This document shows, piece after piece, positions 37,901-46,900 of a stretch of DNA of 64,000 nucleotides (position 1 is its first letter; the number at the start of each line of letters is the position of its first letter). Source of the stretch: Laetmonice hystrix. Lineage: Eukaryota. Location of the stretch: assembly GCA_965235115.1 (NCBI GenBank), contig OZ249439.1, positions 29,078,001 to 29,142,000 of the forward strand. Reading direction: 5' to 3'. Under the pieces are notes generated by a model. That model had not been told where the DNA came from and ran no database searches. It saw only the letters and a list, made by a program, of their open reading frames with translations. The translations under genes were made by a program, and so were the position numbers.

Positions 37901-40900
37901 TTTGACACTATTATAGGGATATATAATTATAAGGATATGGTGGAAACAAAGTTTGATATACTATTATATGGATAGAAGGATATAGTGAAAACAAAGTTTG
38001 ATATAGTATTATAGGGATATATAAGGATAACTGTAGAAACAATATTTGACACACTACTATAGGGATGGAAACAATTTGACATTCTATAAGGATATAGTGG
38101 AAACAAACACTTGTGATGTACTCACCTCAAACTGGGTTACGATGACAACCTCAGCAGCGAAAGTACCTTCCCAGTTTGGGGCGACAAGGTTGACGCTGTA
38201 TACGGCGAAGTGGTATGGCTTCAGCACCAGCTGTTGATCACAATTTAACACAGGTCAGGGATAAACAGCACACTCATACACAGCAGGAGAAAACAATTTC
38301 AGTATCTTTATGTACCAGACATAAAGAGAACTTAACCCTAAATCAATCAAGCCATTTTCTGGCGACTCATATTTAGTTAATCATTTATTGGCTCATATAA
38401 CAGTATACGGAAGCTGGGGTCCAGTTCCGAAGTGTACTCAATTTGAGGTTACATGTGAACCCACAATTGCATTTTTTTACAAACATGTAGACACAACAAA
38501 TTATGGAGAGTTTCTGCATTCCGTAATAATTAAAGTCACTTACAGGATTTGTATCTATTTCTGAAGCATTATGTTTGCGTGTGAGCATTGTACCGTTGCC
38601 TTTCTCCACTCCCAACAACTCAACGGTAGTCCGCTCCATATTGGCACCAAACTCTCGTATTATTATCTGCAACCCAGGCAACAATGTCAAGCAAGCAGAC
38701 CTAGAAAAATAGTGTCTAGATCGAGGACCTTTTGATTACTTTCGAAGACCAAGTCTGGTAAAAACTCAACATATAAAATTTGGAAAAACAAAATACATGT
38801 CAACTATTATTTTTATGCTCCAGATGAACTTCAGACCAATGGCTGTCTGATGTAACAGTTGATTAGAAAAAACCTTTCATCTCATAAATATTCAATTTGA
38901 CGAATTATGCTAACTATCCAAAATGGTCCTCATCATGACAAACATTCAAGTCTTGATCTTCAAATTCAGTTTTAATATTTATAAACTCCTTTTCAAATCT
39001 AAAAAAAGGTCTTTAACAATCAATGTAGTCCAGGACGAGTAGAATTGTAGAGCCAGTTACATACATCTACAGGGTTGTCGTTTCTCAGGGTGAACGTCAT
39101 GCTGCGTCTCTCCTCCACACCCATGGTGCCAAAGTCCAGCTGACCCTTGAAGATCTCAGGTCGATGGTGCACCACCTGGGTCGAGAAACACAGCGCTTGT
39201 GTTAACATAACTCACTGCAGCAGTAACTTCAAATTATATCCCCATGGCTTTGGATAATTAATATCAAATTATATCCCCATGGCTTTGGATAATTAATATC
39301 AAATTATATCCCCATGGCTTTGGATAATTAATATCAAGTTATATCCCCATGGCTTTGGATAATTAATATCAAATTATATCCCCATGGCTTTGGATAATTA
39401 ATATCAATTTATATCCCCATGGCTTGGGATAATTAATATCAAATTATATCCCCATGGCTTTGGATAATTAATATCAAATTATATCCCCATGGCTTTGGAT
39501 AATTAATATCAAATTATATCCCCATGGCTTTGGATAATTAATATCAATTTATATCCCCATGGCTTGGGATAATTAATATCAAATTATATCCCCATGGCTT
39601 TGGATAATTAATATCAAATTATATCCCCATGGCTTGCAGGGTTCTCGCCAGAAATTTTCGACAGCGTAGTGGTCAAACTAAGGGCAGAGCCCTGGTTGGG
39701 GGTACAGGAGGGGCAAACCCCAAGCTCAGATAATTTAGGCTATTTTAGAGCCTTATCTTGCGGTTTAGATAGTCAGATAAGAAAGGTTTGTAAAGCTGGA
39801 CAGTAAACAAGTGACATTTTACCGGTATTCCTGTGGGTTCTGTTGAATTTAGACAAGTTTTTGCCGCTACGCTGGTCAAGAGACAATGTAGCGGCCTCAA
39901 AGACAGTGTAGTGGCCTAAATACACAGCGTAGCGGCCCGCTACGCTGAAAAAGGCTGGCGAGAACGCTGGCTTGGGATAATTAATATCAAATTATATCCC
40001 CATGGCTTTGAATAATTAATATATTTTTTAACCTGATATAATTATCTATTTGATTGGAGAATAACGCTGGGAGGCAGTGGCACTGACCTTGAGTTTGCCG
40101 TTATAGACAATGATGGGAATGTTAAACACGGAGGCGTTGGTGGCGAGGCGGAGCTCGGTGGCTAAGTGCAGGTGTGAGGTATTGGGGTGGAAGTGGAGTT
40201 GGAACACAGAAACCGTTTCTTGTGGTTTTATCATCAGCGGAGACGACATGTTCCCAATCTGAAAGAGTACGCCCGGTAAGTGGCACATCAAGAACCAACC
40301 CAGCAACAAGTATTTCCCAAGTTCCCGGACTTTTCCCTGGATCTTTATGACTTTTTAATGACTACGTTCAGGTTTCCTTCCATTTTTTTAGCATGGAATA
40401 TCGACGATGATTAAAGAATGGTACCCTGAGCACATATTTATCAAATTGCTGGACTTCTCCCGGTCCAGGAGGTCCCATTGATATAAAATTTCCGGACGTT
40501 TCCCGGACCCGTAGGAACCAATTAATTTAAGAGCGACCATTTGAGAAACCAGAGACTCACCGGCTGGGAGAGGCCAATGTTAGTGAGACGCTGGCAGAGA
40601 TATTAGCATAAACTCACCGAGAAATATCGTCGGCCATCCTTGGCCAAGGACACGTTGTAGACAACGAGAGTAAAGTTGAAGGTGTTAGTTATAGCCAGGT
40701 GCCGGGTAACGTTCTTGAACGGCGGTTGGCCCGTATAAAACATCGTCTTGTTTCTGTCATACACGAGGGAGCTGCAGGAAAGCAGGGACAAAAATAAATT
40801 ACCAATGGCCTCCGACGCTCTCTACATGGGTTGCTCCCAGCAACTGGGGTTAAAAGTGCTAACTGAGTAAGCTATTGCTGGTGATTTAGGACCCTATCAG

Positions 40901-43900
40901 CATGGATTTTTTTTCTGATATTATCAGCAACACAAGTTGGTCCTGGCCAGTTAATCTCTAGCTCCCGGTACAGATTGCTTTGGTCGAAAGATCTCACACT
41001 AAATAACACATGGGTCTTTGCTCAATGTTTTTCTTTTACTTCATTTCAGTTATCAAAGTTTCCCCTAACTATAACATGATATTGGCTCAGTACCTAGCTA
41101 CTCCAACTTACATTGATACATGTCAAAAATATTTTGCCGGCAACTTCCGAGCAAAGAAGGCTGCGATACTTTAATTTCATTATTATTTTAACTTGGCCTA
41201 GTTATTCCAATTGTTCGACCAATATTATAAAATAAAAAAGTTGAGTGCGATGGTTGAACTCACCCGTGCAAGACGCTGACTTGGTAGGGAATGGCCACTT
41301 TATACTGACCATTTTTGGACTTAACCACAACCTTGCCATGCCACTGCTTCGCATGGAGTCCTCTAGAGGCTGCAAACTCAACATGGTACTCATGAAAACC
41401 CATTCTTACATGTAGCAAGGTTAAAACTTCAGTGGCAAAATATTACTCATGGTGGCATAGAAATATTATGGTAATATGGCCTTGCTTTGCCACCCTGGCA
41501 AAAACATTTGCAAATTACCGGCAAAACAAGGACGACCATTTCAACATCAACAATTAGATGGAAGAAAGATCTGCTTTTGGAAATTCTGATGTTGATTTGG
41601 TTTTCGCTCTGGTGGCTAAAGAGATAAATCAGCAAGTTGGTTGCTTCCTAACTATCTCGCTGATTTGAAACTACATTTTGTTTACCTGTGAATGAAATGA
41701 GTGCAACTGGTGTAGTTTGTAAGATGTCCGGCTGAAGTTTGACTGGCCGAAACTCTATAGAGATGGCATCGTTTGGAGGTGACACAGATATACTCTGTAA
41801 CATCAGAAACGTAAACACAGTCATCCCACAGTCAACATGTCATACTTGGACGTACTTTAATTCCTGAATGGCTATAACAATCATTGTTCTTTATATGCAG
41901 ACAAAGGCCTTGAAAAATCTTGCCAAAGTATGGTGGCCCACTGGGTAAGCAGACATACGGTCGGTAGCCCAGCACTTATGCTATCTCCTTTAGGGAAGGT
42001 TTGGTAGCCCGACGTAAAGTTTGGTTGTCCCGAGTGTCCAGGTTGAACATTTTTTGAGGTCTGAGATATTTACCCCAAATCTTGTCATGTAACCACGGGT
42101 AAAAATAAAAACGATACTCACACTGATGTGGACTGGCTTGGAGCCTGAATTTAGAAGGTTTAACCGAAGAGTTTTAGGGGCGTCTAGGGTGCGCATGATG
42201 CCAAAGTCCAGCATCTCAAGTGGGGAAAATATGCCCGGGGTGGCGGTGACCTCCACTTCTACCGGCAGTATGAGAACTTCATCTTTCTGGTCTCTGTTGG
42301 TCTTGATGCGTATGAAGGCTGTGTGGTTATTTTCAATACGCCCTATGAAGCTCGCCCGCATCACCGGCTTTGTCTCAAACGGTGGAATTTCCTGTTTCAT
42401 ATGAGAAAAATTAACACTTCAGACTTCACACTCCACATGCTTAAAAAATGATACCGACTTGTTCTAATAGGCATACAGTCAGGCATCGATTATCCGAACG
42501 GTTAGGTGCTCATAAAATTGCGTTTGGATTGGAAACATACGGATTACTGTTCAAATCATTTTAAACAGAACATGGTAGAAGAGGTTACCAGAAAATGTGT
42601 TGAGATTGTGAGATATATGGATTAAAGAAGCACGGATAAAAAGGTCTGACTGTACACCAAAGGATGTCACCAGCAGTTAGTACTGCGACAAGATTCAATA
42701 AATGAACTCGACTGGAAATACCAGACATATTATAAGTAGGATACAAGAGCACTGCAAGATCTTCTGGATCAGTTTGGTGTCATGGCATGGATCATTCTCC
42801 TTGCTGCCTAGTAACCTTTTACAGTCCATTTTATATATCATGGTATAAGATGTTCTGGGTCAGTTTGGTGTCATGGCATGGATCATTCTCCTTGCTGCCT
42901 AGTAACCTTTTACAGTCCATTTTATATATCATGGTATAAGATCTTCTGGGTCAGTTTGGTGTCATGGCATGGATCATTCTCCTTGATGCCTAGTAACCTT
43001 TTACAGTCCATTTTATATATCATGGTATAAGATCTTCTGGGTCAGTTTGGTGTCATGGCATGGATCATTCTCCTTGCTGCCTAGTAACTTTTACAGTCCG
43101 TTTTATATATCATGGTATAAGATCTTCTGGGTCAGTTTGGTGTCATGGCATGGATCATTCTCCTTGCTGCCTAGTAACCTTTTACAGTCCATTTTATATA
43201 TCATGGTATAAGATGTTCTGGGTCAGTTTGGTGTCATGGCATGGATCATTCTCCTTGCTGCCTAGTAACCTTTTACAGTCCATTTTATATAAAAGGGAAT
43301 AAATTTTGCCCATTGACAACCCATTTTGGCCTGCAGAGCTCACAAATTCAACATTTGCTGACCAACTCTAGTTGTCAGCCATGTTAAATTTACGACGTTT
43401 TATTTCCCTGATCTTTGATATGGTCTTCGTGAACCCTTGGGGTGTTATCTGATAAAATAGTTCACAACAAGAACACCTGATCTGGCCAGAGTACCCGACA
43501 CACTTCTGATAAACGCCACACAACTCAGACATCATCAAATTTAGTTTTACCACCTTATCAAAGGCAATACAATCCTTTTAACCCCTGTATGTGAGGCAAC
43601 AAAGATTCCTCAGATCACGCACACAGGAGTGTGCTTTATAACAGCGTTCAGCGTTAACAATAATCTTTTTCCTGGACTTTTCTGGGACCTTTATGTTAAT
43701 TTAAGATTGACTTACCCATAAATTTTTTGGTGCTTCTTTCTCTCCAGTGGGAAGTTCTAGGTGTAGGTCTCCTCCACTGGAATACATCTCTACCACCTGC
43801 AATGTTCAACAACTCCTTATCCTTAGGCTTTTTTTAAGGACATTTAGTCTGTCCATACAAAATTCAAGGCCGTACTTATTTGATAATTTGGTTTACACAT

Positions 43901-46900
43901 ATTTTGGTCATAAGATAAGACATTTAAAAAAGATAAAACACAGGAGTAATAACAGCGCTGTGTTTTAAACAATATGATATGAGTGATTTTGTACTATTTC
44001 TGGCACTTTTCATTCTTTTCTTGGGATTCAATCCAGACATCTTTCCCAGTAAACATTATATTTATGGTACGATGCAGCATTCAACCCATGAAAAATTAAG
44101 AAAATCGACCTGACGGAAAACTATTAATCAGGAAACAACTAATTACCCGTACCTCTCTGGAAGAGCTTCAATTATGATAACAAAACCAATCATCACCCAA
44201 AAATGCCCATCAAAGTCTCAAATAACAATACATCTAAATTCATTCTGCTTAAAACCTTGAATAAAAAATATCCCTGAGCCTTATTATTTGTTCAGCATAT
44301 CAGCCTCTTGTATTTAAATGTCATAGTAACAGTACCACAACAGGACAAATAGACATCCTTTGACTATAATTTACTGTCCCTCAACATATTTACTTCCTAG
44401 CGCTGGTAACCAGAGGGGCACAGATGGGAGTCTGACCCGTCAGAAAACATACTTGTCTCAATGAAAATTCTAAAAACAAGGTCACTCAAAGTTTTCTGCA
44501 TTTACAACCATTCCATATATATATCCATCTGTGCCTACATTATATTTAATCTTAAAACACTCAGTACCAAACTAACAACGTAAATTTAATACTTTATCCG
44601 AAGAAATCCATATAATTTGGACACTCTTAAGTATATATTTTGGAGCACTAATCATGATAAAACATACCTGTAGTGGTGAACTATGAGGGTTGTGCATACG
44701 AATAAGAGGTGAAAAGCTGCTATTGAGCGGAACTTTTGCCCCTAGAAAGGGGCGTATTCGGTAGGGATTGGGTACCCCGACACCAACAACCTGAAAAAAA
44801 TCACCAGCAGTCAAAACGGTTCAACGCGAATATACCCCCATCACAGTCCAAACCTTTATTGTTGCCCTTTCAATTAAATACCTAATTGAACTTTTTCATT
44901 TTTTCTTGTCCTCTATTATGATATGGCTGGATTCCACAAAAGAGTTTTTCAAAGTCGACAATATACGTTTGAAGTGAAGATGACTCACTTGGTATCGGAA
45001 GGCTCCCAGCGTAGTGTGGATATGTAACGTGTTTTCTACGGCCCCAACCTGTCGGGCCAGGAACACAACGTCAAACGTTGTGTTCCCACTAGGTGGCACC
45101 ATCTGTAACAAAACACACAAATGTCAACATCAAAGGTCGCCTATGACGGGTACGTAATTACCTGTTCAGGTACCAAGCGTTATCGTCAAGTTAACAAACA
45201 CAGCATAATAATCTGGAAACTGTGGCAAGTTCTTATTATAACATAATGATAATGATAATTTATTTAGCAGATATCAGTGCATGTCGAATAAGAAGAAAGT
45301 CTCAAATATCAAGGAACCCCCTTCCTGCACTTTCCCACTTGGGACCAGATTATGCCTAAAGGCATTCCCCACTGGGGACCAGACGGTGCCTTCACACCCC
45401 CCCCCCCCAGTGACCCAACGCTTGTCTTGAAGCGATGCCCTTCTAAAACTTAGGTTATCCTATATAGAACCCCATGAGAAGGCCTCTAAAATTCACGTTT
45501 TCACCATAAAACTGCCGCCTGATTATCTGTAGATGTAGGTGTACGGGCAAGGGGTAGTATGACGATAGGATACGTTCAGGGTAGAAGACAAGACAAATTA
45601 CCGATCTGCCCTCACCATTCCCTGCCTGTCTGCAGGGCTGGGCCAAGAATTTGACCTCCCCATCAGTACCTCCTGGATGCCACCTCCCCATACATCCTTC
45701 CTGCCCACACAAGAACAGCTGCTCAACAACTAACAGATAACGTTACTAGGTTACTCTTTGTCTTCCTGTTTGTGTCTCTGCTCTGAGCTCACCAACTGCT
45801 GCAGCACAATTTGAGAGTAAAGGTTATCTAGCTCGCACCAAGAATCATTTTTAAAAACTCAAACAGGGAACCGGGAGGACTAACACATTTTTACAGAAAG
45901 ATAAGCTCAAGAGAATTTCTGCCTCCCCTAAAGGAACTTTTTCTAAACATTAACTTAAATTGAAGAGTTCAGGTCTCCATCTTTCCTACAGCTGTCTCAT
46001 AGAATTCTGTGGCCAGTCGGACTCCATTATTCAAGTTCAATCCATAAAAACGCGGTAAATTTACGTGCTCCTTGGAGTTATTCAGTCCCATTGTTTTACT
46101 AACCAATGCTGGCCATACAATTTTCAAGCTGTTTTGCTCCATAAACAACAGGAGAAAAGCAATCTTACGTCCTCTACTAAACTGTGTCAGGGTCTCTCGG
46201 TAGATCATATTATTGCCTGCCAGTATCATAGTTAGTATCAGTTAGGTTGACGCAGAAGTTGTTTTATAGCCACTATAAACAAGGGCTGACTCAGGAAAAT
46301 GATACATACCTTATCTTGGAAAAAAGAACAGTGGAAATGTAACGTGCTGCCTGATATAGATAATAAATGTAAGCTGGTTTTGGGGTCAGGGTTGTGAACG
46401 GTGACTTGTTCCATGTGTGGCATCCCCATGGATCTGGAACAGATACAGCAAACATCAAGTCATGGAGTCAAGGGCAGCAAAATCAAAATAAAAGAATCTA
46501 GAGTGATGGTCAAATGAACAACAATATCAGTGTCAGCAGAAACCTTTGAGCTTTTTCAATATACAGGTGGAAAATAAAATTTAGAATCTTACAAAATACT
46601 ATCACAGGGCTCTCAAAAGTAGCCGGTCACCGGCGGCAAAACACCGTCTAAAACCAGTTTTGCTGCCGCCTACTTTTTGTTGAATGACAAAAAATCTTTT
46701 TAACAATGTTCTTTTTTCACTTTCCTGCACATAGGATCCGCACACGGCCTCAGCATGTACCAAAACAACATGTCAGTGATGACCAATTGCCCCTCTCAGA
46801 TGCCAAGAAATTGCATCTCAGAGGGACATTTTTTCAATTTTTTCCGGGGAAGGGCCCTCGGATCCCCCCCCCCCGAGGGCTGTACCCTGCTACTTTCTCT

